A stretch of DNA of 63,837 nucleotides, counting the filler, from Reticulomyxa filosa (Eukaryota > Protista > Foraminifera): the NCBI GenBank assembly GCA_000512085.1. It is 18 parts of 18 records of this genome, joined end to end, with 100 filler letters (N's around TTAATTAATTAA, not from the genome) between each part and the next. Parts side by side here need not be neighbours in the genome. Positions count along the whole stretch, not along the records: positions 47,781 to 52,267 come from ASPP01024834.1; positions 52,368 to 56,318 come from ASPP01007031.1; positions 56,419 to 57,733 come from ASPP01016998.1; positions 57,834 to 59,627 come from ASPP01024387.1; positions 59,728 to 62,633 come from ASPP01041595.1; positions 62,734 to 63,837 come from ASPP01007927.1; 12 more parts are not named here. The stretch is one strand, 5' to 3'. The translations under genes were made by a program, and so were the position numbers. Below are positions 49,737 to 63,370 of the stretch, in pieces. Each line of letters starts with the position of its first letter. Within the stretch, counting starts at the first letter, position 1. Under the pieces are notes generated by a model. The model was not told the DNA's origin, ran no database searches, and worked only from the letters and a program-made list of their open reading frames with translations.

Positions 49737-49899
49737 CATTAATAAAATATAGACACGTAAAACTTTAAACTTTTGAAAGAGAATTGTTTCTCTTCAATCA
49801 ATTGCATGCCTTAAACTTAGTAAATGTGTTATCACTTCAGCATCTTTCCAAAAAAAAAACTGTGATTCCCTTTTTCATTTTATTTCGTATCCGAAAAGT

Positions 49900-51166
49900 G
49901 TGTCCCCAAGGAGAAGGGATAATGTTGTTCAATTGTGTTTTCCAAAGTGCGGACATTTCAATGAAGTACATCCAATATCGAATATACTACCAATCCTGTC
50001 GTTTTGGCTTCAATTTGATGATGTACTCAGAAGTAGCAAATCACCATATATTTCAACAACGCTCAATGATTTAGGGCATCCATTATTTCTTAGATTTCTT
50101 TGCGTGTCCATAGCACGACAAATCTCTTTTTCAATTTTCTTATTGCGTCAGTTATGGTAATCGTTTCATAAAGACCAGAGTCTTCTAATCTTTCCTTTTG
50201 TTCAGCTGTTGCTTTGAAAGTTTCAGCGTGGACATTGTTTTCAATTGTTGGGATGGCGTTGCATCATTTCCTATTTGTTCCGACTCTTCAAGAGAGGATA
50301 AGTCGTCTTGATTAATAGCTATTTCATTTTCAACAGATATAGAAAATATTTTATTGGACTTTGCACTTAAGCTGGACTTTTGAAAAATTCATTAAAGTTT
50401 CTATGTTTTTTGTTATTTTGTTTTGTTGTCAACTTACAGAACAAAAATAATTGATCTCTTTGGCGTGTACGTATGTATCATGCATTAGTTTTACTTGCTT
50501 TTTTTTAATTTCAAAGCACTTGACGACCGAAACTTTTTGGATATTATCACTACGTTTCAATTGTTCGTGTGCATCCACTAACAGGTTGATACGATTGTCT
50601 TGCAAATTCATAAACTCCATTTTGAAAGACAAGAGTCTTAATCTTTCATCCAATCACGGAATAAAAATCATGTAATACCAAAACTTTTCTTCAATTACCA
50701 ATAATTCAATTTTTTTTTTATATACGTGTCAATAAAAACGTTTTTGTTTGTACGCACCCTAAAAAAAAACTTGAAATCAAGCTTCTTAGTCATTAGTTGC
50801 CTTCCACGGCAAATTATGCATATGGACAATTTCCAACAAGTCTTTGTTGTTCGAACTTTGCTTCTCAACGTCCAGTACCACCACGAGACACAGTTCAGCG
50901 TCAATGTCTTGTTATTTTTCTTTACATCCAATCTTTCTTGCATTTGTACGCACTGCCAAAAACTCTTGTGCTTGCTCTTTATTTAAATTTTCGTGTATTA
51001 CGTAATGTTCTTTCTTTTCTTCCGTTCTCACAACTGTTGATGTGTATCGAAGAACTAACTTGAAAAAGATTCCTTCGTATATAAAGTTATGAACTAACAA
51101 CAAATTGCTCTCCTTTGTTTTAGGCGAAGAACTCTCAAAATTTCTGCTACACGCCATTTTTGACAT
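49900..51166 (-). pseudogene. Formin FH2-like pseudogene
   Basis: EEKFWYYMIFIP*LDERLRLLSFKMEF..INLLVDAHEQLKRSDNIQK fits the FH2 core; in-frame stops. Confidence 0.5.
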
Positions 51167-52367
51167 TACTCAAAGGGGGCTACCCCTAGATCAAACAAAA
51201 TAAGTGAACGAAAACTTCGATTTTTAATATAATAAGTTCAAAAAAATGTTAATTTGTTAAATTTTAAAAAATATATAAGTGATTTATTTTACTTTCAATT
51301 GTATTTATTTATTGTTTTTAACTGTTTTTTTCTTTTTTTTTCAACTGTTTCCGAAGGGATTAAAAAAAAAAACTAGATAATTGAAGTAACTTAATGTCAT
51401 TGTAGAAAAAATAGAATTTTATAAGCCACTGACGAATTTTACAAAATAAAAAATAAACAAAGAATGTTTTAAAAAATCACTTCAAGTCTTACAAATTTTA
51501 TTTGCTGAACAACATGACAAAATGAAAAACTTTTGAAAGATTGTGTGATTACCACAAAGTTCAGAGAAACATAATCATTTCACATATACAAACAGGTATT
51601 CATCGAATAAACAAAGTATGAAATAAAAGATTTATTATAATCTTGAGCTTTGAAGAGCTGAGAAATTATCAGTAATAAGCTAACGTAGAAATAGAAAAAA
51701 ATCGACTTTTTTCAGTACAAAACAAGTTTTCATACGTGTTCCTTGAATGAAATTTGTTGTCTTTTCTGTCCAAATCATTTTAGTGTATATTTTCTTCAAA
51801 CATTGTCTTGTTCAAAAAGATGAGTACAAGATATGAAATGAAACAATTGAAATTATACTTACTTTGGAGTGGTTAATAATACATGGAGATACAATGATAG
51901 ATTTTTGTTATTGAATATAAATTTCAACTCCTTGACATGATGTCCAATCTTTCACTACCAATTTTTCTGTTTAGATTGAAAAAAGAGGTTTAATAAATTA
52001 TTCCAATCAATGGTTTTGAAAAATTGTAAAAAAAACACAAAAAAGACTGAAAATATTAATTCTTTTGACACAAACTTTTATGATTCAATTTTTTTTAAAA
52101 AATAGATTTTTTAAAATTACTTTGATTTGTTACTTCTCAAGAAAATTTTCAAGAGTTTATTGTGAGTTCAAAATAGCAGATAAAACTTGAATTGTTCGTG
52201 AATAATTTTGAATGAAAGCATTATGGATAATAGCATGACATCACTCTCGAAATTTTTCAGAAATCAGNNNNNNNNNNNNNNNNNNNNNNNNNNNNNNNNN
52301 NNNNNNNNNNNTTAATTAATTAANNNNNNNNNNNNNNNNNNNNNNNNNNNNNNNNNNNNNNNNNNNN

Positions 52368-54243
52368 TTTTTTTTTTTTTAAAAAAGTTTTTTTTTTTTT
52401 TTTTTTTTTTTTTTTGTGAAACTTGGAATAGGCATTCAATAATCAATTGATGAGTGGCACTTTGCACGCGAGCAATAGTGGAATCTAAGCTGACAGGTGC
52501 AGACTGTTGTGATGGCGTGGTATTGCCTTTGGACGACCGTACTTGTTCATAGTAGCGTTGAGACAGCAGATATGGCAACGTTTGGCTTGCACACCATACA
52601 GCACACTGCAGCGCTATTGTCCATTCTTCTTCGTTCATCGTATTCGCTATCCCGTCAATAAGCATTCGCCAGCAATTTACACTTGCCTTTGCCGTTTTTT
52701 CATTGGCCTTTTTTTTTAATTGTGATATGATGTACACTTTTTAAAAGTATTTCTGGAGTCTATGTGTATACGTGTTACCCTTTTTTTTAAAAAAAAACAA
52801 CAAAACCTGATTGGCTCCGTGTTTGATCAACTCGCAAACTTTTTTCAACATGAATCGAGTGGTATCAAAGTATCGAACGAACAACGACACCAATTCGTTC
52901 AAAGCATCCAAACAGGTGGTTTCGAGCCACTTCGAATCGACATTGTCGATTGGATTGGTATTTTTGGCATCTTGTTGTGTTTGATCGTTTTGGGACTGAG
53001 TCGCATTGGACGGTCTCCTTTTGTGCCTTTGCTTTCGAACCGTGCGCTTCAACGAGTTGGACAAGAACTGGAGCATGGGAAGGGCAAAAGGCGGCGAAGG
53101 AGAAGACTGCTGCTGTTTGTCGACGACTTCGCTTTTATCATCTTCGTCTGTCTGCACCGACATACTCTCCGAGGCGACAGCAGTAGCAGCAGAAGCAGAA
53201 GTGGCAGCTGTAGCAGCAGGAGCACTTTTGCTAGCGACCAGAGCGGGGACAGCATGGTTGTCGGTGGAAGCAGCGTTTATGGCAACACGGGAGTGAAGGA
53301 AAGGGGAAGTTACTTGGTTGTGATGAAGGTCATCAAAGATGGGGAAGAGTACGCCACGGAAGATGAGTTCCCACATTTGATAGGAAAAAGCAGAGCCATT
53401 TTGTTGCAAGATTTTGAACAATGCTTGTAATGCGGATTGGCGAATCTGTTTTGATTTTATTTTATTTTGTTTTGCTTTTATTTTATTTTGTTTTGTTTTG
53501 TTTTGTTTTGTTTTGTTGTATATTGATGTTTGTGATGTTGATAATTATTATTATTATTTATTTTTTTATTTTTTTATTTTAAAAAAAAAAAAAACAAACA
53601 AAAAAACAATAAACGAAATCAGATAAAAAGCAACCCACAATGTTCCTCGAAGCCAGTCCAAAAACTGTGTGTCGATCATCAAAAATAATCCTGGACAATC
53701 CTGTCAAGCATAAAAACCATGCTTTCAGCATCGGAGACTCTTTTTCCGGGAGAAAGTCTTTGGACGATCTCTTCAGCAAAAACACGGGATGACTTGTGGG
53801 CTCCGATTTTTCGTCTTGCGATGGGCCGGCCTGCTCTTTATTGTGATCCTTGCTTTCGTCTTTGGTGTGTTTGATGGTTTGGTCCAAATCGTACAGTTGG
53901 CTCGCGCACACCACAAGCGTGTCAATGGCCTTGAGAGCGATGTTTGCAAAGGGACATCCGGCAAAGGCGACCAAACAATTGACGCACTCTTCCAACGTCT
54001 CGGCGCCGACCAAATGAATTGGAAATGATCGCACCTTTTTTACCGATGTTTTGTTCTCGGTCGTTTCCGATGGAGGCGCTCCACTTTTGTATTGCAGCAA
54101 GGGGAAGTAATCGCCCAATATCGACCCCATCACATCGTACGTTTTCAATACCAATGTTTCATCGGAATCTTTGGCCGCCAATGCCACCACCTTTTTTTAA
54201 TAAGAGAGATTGGAGATTATAAATATATACATACATATATATA

Positions 54244-54278
<35 letters not shown>

Positions 54279-56245
54279 ACATATATTTATTCATTTATTC
54301 AAAACTGAAAAAACAGTTTTCCATCCTGATTTGACATTGGTGAATCTGGTCTTGACAATGGAAAATATACACTCGATAATAAGCAATCGAACGGGCTGGG
54401 ACTTGGATTGTTCCATGATTTGATGGAAGGGTAGCAAGAACTTGGACTGGAACTGGAAATTGGTCAGTTCTTCCTTTTCAAAGAAAAGTCCTGCCAATTG
54501 GCGCAAGCTGTTGATGCAATATTCGCCAATGTTGCGATTGCGATGCAGACCGGCCTTCACGAAATGGCGTGATAGTACATTCCATACTCTTTGCCAGATC
54601 AAAGGGATTCGAATGTGGATATTGTCGTGCGCGACCTCGACTATCTTGCGTAGCGAAAACACGCGCGGGTTCAACGGGTTGTCCAACTCCACTGCGCTCA
54701 CTGTGGCCAGCGCAATGCAGAAATGCACGATTGACTCATTGTCCAGCTTCGTGCTGTCCATGAATACTCGATCGACTGCCGAGGACGGGATCTGCGAGGC
54801 CACCATGGCGGCATTTGCATACTCGCCAGAGAATCGTAACACCCCTTTGCTTGTAAATTTCGTGTGCTCTTGAATCAGTTTGGTTTTGTAGCTTCTAGAC
54901 AAACTGCTGCCGCTGCTCGTGTGCACATTGCTGATTTGGGCCCTTTCCTGGTCGTTCATGAAATGCGCCGCATCCACCACTTCCTCCGACTTTATCAAGT
55001 GCAATACTTCAATTTCCGATATGCATTTCAATATCTGGAACCACGAGCCTCGCAGCATGTTTCCATCCTCACTTTAATCATTATGTATACGTATATACAT
55101 ATACATATATATATATTTTTTTTTTTTTAAAAAAAAACCTTGCAATTTCAATCAAAGTTTTAATGGCATCAATGTTCTTTTGATCAATGGGCTTGTCCGT
55201 TCCGAGCAGTGTCAAATTTGCCAAGGAGTTGATATACGCCTCGGCTTCAATGTCCATTTGCAAGCGCGTGGCCAACTTGACTCCGTGGCGATAGCCACTC
55301 AAACAAAGGCCGACCAATTGCTCCGACGCCACCTTGCCCGACTGCACTTGCTTGCCGAGTCCACTGGCCAAAGAATGGAGTTGGTTCAGCATATTGGCCT
55401 GCGGGTCTTCCAGCAGCACGCTAAACGTGGCCAACGACGCCAGCCAGCAGATCCGAAACATTGGTTGGAGCGCTTCTGCATCCTCCTTTTATATATACAT
55501 ATATATGTATGTATACATGTATATATATGTATATATTACTATGAAATATAAAATGTAATTTTTTTTTTTGAAGAAACATATTAGACATATTGAAAAAAAG
55601 GAAAATGAAAAGTACGCAACAGGCTGTGGCTCATAAAACATATTTTCTTCGCGACTTTTTTTACTTTTGACGGCGCTGGTGACATTGGAGACTTCGTCGT
55701 GGACCCTGGCCATAATGTTCTTTCTTTGCTGCAAGAAGTTGGGCTGCGATGGCTGGAACTCGCTGGAATGCGAGTTGTACATGCCATTGAAAAAGGCGAG
55801 GGCGTTGGCAACGGCCTCCCCAGCCGGGTTAGTCAGATTTCCCAACGGTCCGCTTTTGCTGCTGCCATTGGGCGCGTGGTCGTTCAACAGGATTTCATTG
55901 GCGGCAATTCGGTCATATATCAACTCGATGGACTTGGACATCGACGAGTCGGTCACGGCCAACATGGTGTTCTTCACAAACTCTTCTTTGGTCATGTGCG
56001 TCTTCACATTACGATTGTATAGGTTCACGTTCAGCATAATGATGCTGTACGCCAGGATGTACGCGTCGTCAGCCTGCTGGAACGATTCCTCATTCTGCAA
56101 GCAGTATCGCTCTGCAAACTTTTGCATTATCCGGTCGATCTTCTGTCCTTCGCCGGGCAGTTTGAAATTGCTGCACAGCTTGCGAACTGCTTCGTCCAAC
56201 TCCAAATCTTTGAAGTCCAATGAGTCTATGTACTCGTGCATTACC
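52368..56245 (-). CDS. BIG/Sec7-family large ARF guanine-nucleotide exchange factor (internal part)
   Basis: Sec7 motif FKLPGEGQKIDRIMQKFAERY, AYILAYSIIMLN; HDS motifs PRVFSLRKIVEVA, SLRQLA..FFEKEEL..FQFQ..FLLPF, VKSGWK, LFPIFD; several introns. Confidence 0.93.
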
Positions 56246-57063
56246 TATGTTTCACATGAGCATGCGTTAGGATTCAGTTTATTATATACATATACATTAT
56301 ATATATATATATATATATNNNNNNNNNNNNNNNNNNNNNNNNNNNNNNNNNNNNNNNNNNNNTTAATTAATTAANNNNNNNNNNNNNNNNNNNNNNNNNN
56401 NNNNNNNNNNNNNNNNNNTTTTTTTTTTTTTTTTTCTTTCATGTAACGCTGTTATAGCAAAGTACAGTCAAAAGCTGCACAATAAAAAAAGTGGAAAAAA
56501 TGCTTTCAAAAATAAACTTAGAGGAATAAATTGAGTTTCTGAAATTACTTTGCTGACGTAAACGTGTTATTCAATTTGATAACAGATATGTTTTGCTTTT
56601 ATATTTCCATTTGCTTATTAACATTTTGTGCAACTAAATGAGATATGCATCGCAATGACGATTTATGTGTTATTTTTTCCATTGTTCTAAATTGTTAGTC
56701 CATGTGACACTGTAGTGCTCCAGATGAATGAGTGCATGCGCGACTGATACATTAAAAATTGTATTTAGTCTAAACCAAAGTTTGACAACTTGATCAAGTA
56801 AATAAACAATTCAGCGTTACTGAAGATTTATGATTTTTTTTTTCACTTCCTGGGACGTGCACGCTTTTTTTTGATACATCCAAGGATGGAGAAATACACA
56901 CACGCTCGAAAAAAAAAAATTAAATATATTTGACAAGTACTAGTTACTCAACATTAAAAACGAAATTATTTAATCTCACTAGTTAAAAAAAAAAAAAAAA
57001 AAAGCTGTAATCTGCCATTTGTTGATGAATGGCTGTGAACAGTTTTGCTACGAATTCGAGTAA

Positions 57064-57650
57064 TTAAAAAAAACTGCATATGCTCGCGGCTCCAATGATT
57101 AGAAGCACATCTGTGAATAACCAGTGGGAACTGCCAATGCGAACATAGCGAGCGACAAACAAGCTCAGCAGCGCTTTTAGCGCAAGGCTAAACACAATAT
57201 CAAATAATGCATCGTATTGATAAAAAATGATAAGGAGGACTAACACTAACCAATCACGGAGTTTCTCCAAGCCATGTAATACGAACAAAGGTGAAATGTA
57301 AAACCTACATAAATTCGAAACAAGTCCCACCCCTCTTCCTCAAAAATGGTATAAGATTTTCATGACCATATTTAATTCAATAACAGTCCAAAAAAAAAAA
57401 AAAAAAAAACGTAACCCCAATGCCAATAAGCAGGTACCATTTGAAGAGCGCTTAATAAACTTGTGTTGATCCATTACTTCTGCATGAAAGAGATACCACA
57501 GATTGAAAACGTTGAGTAACGTAAAGACTCCATGAACAGCATGTAGCATTACATAGCACTGTTCCGACACGTTTGCCATTTGTACTTCCTTGTTGACTGG
57601 TTTGTCTTCAACAGTCGAGCCATTGCTATTGGCATTGCCTACATGCACAC
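57064..57650 (-). CDS. C-terminal exons of a multi-pass membrane protein
   Basis: Two consecutive hydrophobic ORFs separated by a T-rich intron-like stretch. Confidence 0.4.
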
Positions 57651-59959
57651 ACACACACACACACACACACATACATATTACATATACTGCAATGTTCAAC
57701 CAAATGATGTTGTCCTCTCAGCATGTTTTATGTNNNNNNNNNNNNNNNNNNNNNNNNNNNNNNNNNNNNNNNNNNNNTTAATTAATTAANNNNNNNNNNN
57801 NNNNNNNNNNNNNNNNNNNNNNNNNNNNNNNNNTGAACCGAGACGAAGCCAGAAAAGGAATGGTCAATTGAGTCTCTGAATGGATACGGTGAGGAAGTGG
57901 AGTTGAGTTTGATGCGACTGCACCAGATCTTGTGGTACTCTCTGAAGCAGCGTAAAAAGATGGACAAAATCATACGCGAGTATACGCACAAGGAGCGGCG
58001 AATTGAAATCCAGTGGAAGAATCTGCAGTTAAAATTGCTCATTCGACATATGAGCTTCCTCAAGCACTGCTGTGGAGACTACACTACTAACAAGTCATAT
58101 TCTTCCACTACTACCGTCATGCATGACAGCAAGTTCTTTTTTACCGTCATCTTGTTTTTTGCATAGAACAAGTTCTCCTCACGTCGCCACAAGTTGTCAC
58201 CGATTTAGAATGTGATGTCATCGACTTGTGAGACAAATTAGCCAATCAAGATAAACATGAACTCCGTCGTGCTTGGAATAATTTCTATCGCAAACAGTAT
58301 CCTAAAAAAATAATATTACATATATATATGTATATATATTTGTATATATTGGTAATATTGTTTGCTGAAATATGACAGCAAAAGTTCAAGATTAAATCCC
58401 TTTTATGATTTGAAACACTTGTTGTATTAAGTCGCGCAAAGATATATTGACGAAAAGTTACAATCGCAAACATTGAGACATATCGTAACAGACAACAAAA
58501 AAATATACGTTTGGAATCTCGAAGATATTGACCAAGTTATTCGCCAAATACTAAAGATTGTGTAGCAAGAGTGGACGCAGCACTCGTCCAAGTCCACTAA
58601 AAAACATGAGCCGTTTCATTTTTGAAAAGCAAAGTGATGTCATTGAAAGTATTGGCAAATACATCAGTGAAACCGCAGGTGTCAATATGCTATTCGTTTT
58701 TACATTTTACATTCTGTCAACACCAAAAAAATAAACAACTCAAAACTAGAAGTTTCTTCATGAATTTCATCTAGTTTTGTACTAAAGCTAACATTTTGTG
58801 AAATTATATGTGTAGGAACACAAACATATATCAAAATATATAATATAATATAAAACAATGCAAATTACTATATCAATACAGTACAACATAAATACACATT
58901 CAAACTTCAATGAATTAAAGTAATACAAAAATAACCATTAACTATAAATTTGTATTTCTTTGATAATATATTTTTAAAATATTTTTCAAAGCAACGGAAT
59001 AATACATGTACTCACATATACGTGTTGGATAACGCAGAAATCAAATGATGACCCCTTTTTTAAAAAAAAATGAACTAATAACATCCAAACAAGATTTTAT
59101 CGTCTGTGCAAGTGAACAGGTGGTTATTAAGACATTGAATTGAATCAAATTACCCGACTGATCAAAACTGCAATGACGAGTACGGACGACACAGTTGCTG
59201 ATAACTTATCGCTTGTGTCGACAAAGAAGGTGATGACGATGCGAACAATGGTCTTGGTTCACAATTGCAGACACCAGTTGATTAATCGATTGTTGTCGAG
59301 AATCGCATGACATATGTTGTCATCTGAACCTTCCAAGATCCTTACTCTCTTTCCACAAAGCAATTGATCAACGACGACAATTTGTCTATAGGCGTATACA
59401 CAAACTGATCTGTCGGAAACGTCAAATTTGATCAAATAAAAAATCAAAAATTCTACACCAAAAACAAAACATCAAAACACATTAAAATTCAAACTGAGTT
59501 TTTTCGAAACATTCAGTTAAAAAAAGTTTTTCAAAAAAGGTTCAATGTGATATTTGGATCAAATTTAAATTTTCCTTTCCAACTCGAATGTTCCTTGTTT
59601 TTACATGTAAAGAGCGCAAAAAAGTGCNNNNNNNNNNNNNNNNNNNNNNNNNNNNNNNNNNNNNNNNNNNNTTAATTAATTAANNNNNNNNNNNNNNNNN
59701 NNNNNNNNNNNNNNNNNNNNNNNNNNNTTGGCAAACGTGCCTATTCCACTGGGACACTACATTTTACATTCAAACCAAAGTCACTCTCAATTGATATACG
59801 CCTTTTGACTTCAAACAAATATTGCACAACAAAAAAAAAGATTACAAAAAACCTGAAAGTAGTGATATCGATTGTACATGACATTCTGAGTACCAGGGGG
59901 GTCCATATGTCTATAAAGAAAATACAACATAGCATTACACATTTAAAAAAATTATTCTA

Positions 59960-62500
59960 AAAGAACAAATTTAATTCAAAGCAAATAACTTTACTCTCGG
60001 CAAAAGAAGGACAACCAATGTACTTATGGTTTCAATTGGATGGTCGCATTTGAGGTTTCCGAGCCCAATGGCTTCACCAAAGGAATTACTACTTGAGAAA
60101 TTGGCCCTCTCGCGTGAAATGGCCACGACATACATTGGCCTCAAAATGTTTCGTTCTTCGCGCTGTCCCATTGTGACATACATGTTCAATGCGCCCAACT
60201 CCAAATACTATAATTCTTGCTTCCCCTGATTCAAACTCGGTCGCCGACAGCCACGGCAACGAAATTTACCACCATACTTTTTGTGCGTTCATTTTCGGCT
60301 TGTCGTTTTCGTGCTCATTTTCATTCACTTCTGCTTCTTCCTCGCTTTTTTGATACCGCTCAAAGATTTTTCTTCTGTTCATGGCCGAGTGTCTTTATCA
60401 TATCGTTTTTCACGAGCCAAGTCTTGCAAAATGGGAGATTTTTCCAAATGGCGTATCTCTTATTTGAATTCTTCTTTTTGTCCAACACTTCGGCCCGGTC
60501 TTTATGCGATGATCATTTGTTGCTAAGCACTTTCCATGCTTTTCACTCACTATTATGTTTGCCCGTAACGGCGACGAGCAAGATTCACTGTTTTCGGTAC
60601 ACTGTATTGAAACACACACAAATATGATAACACAAGGTAAGTACAGTCTTTTTTTACTGTCATTGTGAACTTGGAGTATTTCTTCTATCATAATCATCGA
60701 TCCGTCAATTATCGAGTTCGAGTCCCGTTTCTCGCCTCGACTAAAGGCAGTCCGCCAACCCATTTCACGACACTTTTGCGAACACTACCACCAACTTTGA
60801 CGTTCTTGCTTCTTTTGTCGACCCTATCACGGTCACAGTTGGTAACTCCCACGACATGGAATTTTCCGTCATGTGCCCCCTTATCAGTCATGGTCCCTTT
60901 ATCCGTCATGTGCCACCTTTATCCACTTAGCAATCCCAAAATGATCATTTTCTCACATTTGCTTCCAATGAATTTGATCTCACTTCATTTTGCCATGGAT
61001 CATTTTCACTTTGTCGTCGGCTTTGCAAGCTTGGACGAACTGGAAGCGGTGCTGGCCTCCGTCGTAATGATCCAAGTACAAGCAACTCAATGCATCCGGA
61101 TCAGTCGCTGCAACTATTGCTACATTATAATGTCGGCATCGTTTTCACTTTGCGTGCTATCACCATCTTCTTTTCTCTTCTTCCTGGCGGGCTTGGTTTT
61201 ATGTTCTAGCGGCACCAAGGTCTGGATATTGTTTGAGATTGGCTTGATAGTCTTGTCCCAATGCTCCTATGCTATATCGTGATGCTTTCCAACTACGAGT
61301 TTATCTTCTATCGTCGACGTTGTGATGATGAACACACTTTGGCCTGGTCGAATGAACGCGAACATTTGCAATGAGGTACTGCACTATTTGTAAATTCTAT
61401 TTTTTTTTTTTTTTTAAGAGTATCCGTTCTAAATCTTTTTTTTTGCTTTCTTGATTGCCACCAACACGTCGTCCGTATTTCATAGCGATCCCGGAAGAAG
61501 TTCAACAGAGATAATATGCGCTTACTCGGCAAACGCAATTCCAAAACGCTTGCGGCAATGGAGGCAGAAAATGCAACCGACTATATATCTTTCTTCATCA
61601 ATCAACGATTCTCAACGTCGACCCCATCCAAGTTGTGCATTTGCGTACGCACACAAACAGTTTCTTTGCGATCTCTATGTTAACAAACTTAAGTTCATTT
61701 CCATAACGATCAAATTTTCATTGTTCTTTTGATGTGGCACAGCACCAAAATGGTATCGAAATGCGACCTGCCAGCATCAGAGTTATCAGCAGGACTTTTT
61801 TAAATCTAAGTTGGTGGCAAACAAATCTTTCTACTGCTTCGAGTTGCAATTGCCGGACATTAACAAACTCATTTTTCATTGGAGCACAATATGTGAAGAT
61901 AGCCCACGCCTACGAGTGGCGAAATTGCGCTTTTCCTGGACGCGAAGAAAAATAACCAAGTTCGACAATGCCGCAGACTACTTTTTTTTCTTTCACAAAT
62001 CCAACGCGATCCGACTTGTTATTCTTTTTCTTCTTCTTGGCGAACTTGCTTCTAAATCGGGAGTCACAATATCTGGACTATCTGGGATTGGTCTGTGCTA
62101 ATCTTACTAAATTTTTCATTGCCAGCAAATGATGTTTCCAACTACGAAGTTCGATACTTACGACGACAGACTTTGGCCTTGGTAATGCACGTTATTGGAA
62201 ATTGTCGAACAGTCGAATTGCGATGATGAGAACGATTTGCATTTGCGATCCATTGTTCTCCAAGTGCTGGAATATTGAACGAATATAATAATTTTTCTAT
62301 TCATCTCCATTCAACGACGCTCACTGCATATCACGCTCCCTACAATCAGCAAAGTTGCGAATACGCGCACGTACCCAATTTGATAGTGGCGACCGATCTC
62401 CGTTTCGCCAGCTTCTCCACAACGTTTGGCCACTTCTACTTTGTCAATTGTTCGTGCGTGTGGCCAACGCACTCTTTCCAAGTTTTCAGGGAACAAATCC
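59960..62500 (-). mobile_element. Degraded Ty3/gypsy-like LTR retrotransposon pol relic
   Basis: Broken frames: CKSFSSSQ..LRSWKHHLL..KF..ISTDQ (RNase H-like), DALS, AHDG, H..KSP, and a GPY/F-like tail RPMYVVAI..NLK; higher GC than flanks; many stops. Confidence 0.45.
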
Positions 62501-62733
62501 CTTTTTTTCCAAATTTCTTCACTTTTTTTTTTCTCTTTTTTTATTCTTTTTACATTTTTTTTCTTTTTTTTCTTTTTTTTTCTTTTTTATCTTTTTTTTT
62601 ATCTTTTTTTCTCGTTGTCATTTTTTTTTTTATNNNNNNNNNNNNNNNNNNNNNNNNNNNNNNNNNNNNNNNNNNNNTTAATTAATTAANNNNNNNNNNN
62701 NNNNNNNNNNNNNNNNNNNNNNNNNNNNNNNNN

Positions 62734-63231
62734 GGCGTATATGCCGATGGCCACCCACTCCAGCAGCAGGAAAGCCACGCCCAGTTGCAGGAACTGCGGC
62801 GCCACCGGCTGGGCGGTATCGACAAACTGCGGCAAAAAGGCGGTAAAGATCAGGATGGCTTTCGGGTTGCCGGCGGCCACCCACAGCTCTTGCCGCATCA
62901 GCTCACGCAGGCCTTGCTGCGGGCGGGTATCGGCTGGGCCGCTAAGGCTGCCGGCGCGCCACAGCTGCCACGCTAGCCAGAACAGGTAGCCGGCGCCAGC
63001 CAGCTTGATGGCGGTAAACAGCAATACCGAGCCTTGCAACACCACGGCCAAGCCGGTGGCCGCCAGCGCAATCATCACCGCAAACGCCAGCAAACGGCCG
63101 ATACCCGCCACGCACGCGGTACGGAAGCCGTAACGGGTGGCGTTGCTGATCGACAGCAGGTTATTGGGGCCGGGGGCGAGGTTGAGGGCAAAACAGGCGG
63201 GCAGGAACAGCAGCAAGGTGGCAAGCGACAT
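62734..63231 (-). CDS. Bacterial LysE/RhtB-family amino-acid exporter (3'-truncated)
   Basis: APGPNNLL, KLAGAGYLFWLAWQLWR, NPKAILIFTAFLPQFV; GGAG ribosome-binding site; GC-rich. Confidence 0.92.
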
Positions 63232-63308
63232 GGCGGGCTCCGGTAAAGAACAAGGTTGGCCGCAAGGGCATAGCGTTAACTTATCGTTATGCCACTGTCG
63301 CGCGCAAG

Positions 63309-63333
63309 AAAAACCCGCCGGCAGGCGGCGGGT
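63309..63333 (-). terminator. Rho-independent terminator after the VOC gene
   Basis: Minus strand reads ACCCGCCG-CCTGC-CGGCGGGT followed by a T-run. Confidence 0.85.
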
Positions 63334-63370
63334 GATGGCAACAACGGGCCACGCTAGCCCAGGCCAGCCG

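Noticed and set aside
57834-59627. Possible coding relics, including WD40-like fragments near 59150-59450
   Set aside because: Too degenerate to assign.
49900-62500. Stop-codon reassignment to explain in-frame stops
   Set aside because: Conserved genes (QTRT1, BIG, caspase-like, WD40) read through without internal stops and end at standard stops; interrupted regions also carry indels.
3061-62733. Recurrent TTAATTAATTAA motif as a CRISPR-like or biological repeat
   Set aside because: It always sits in the middle of a fixed 100-nt N block; it is a synthetic six-frame-stop linker.
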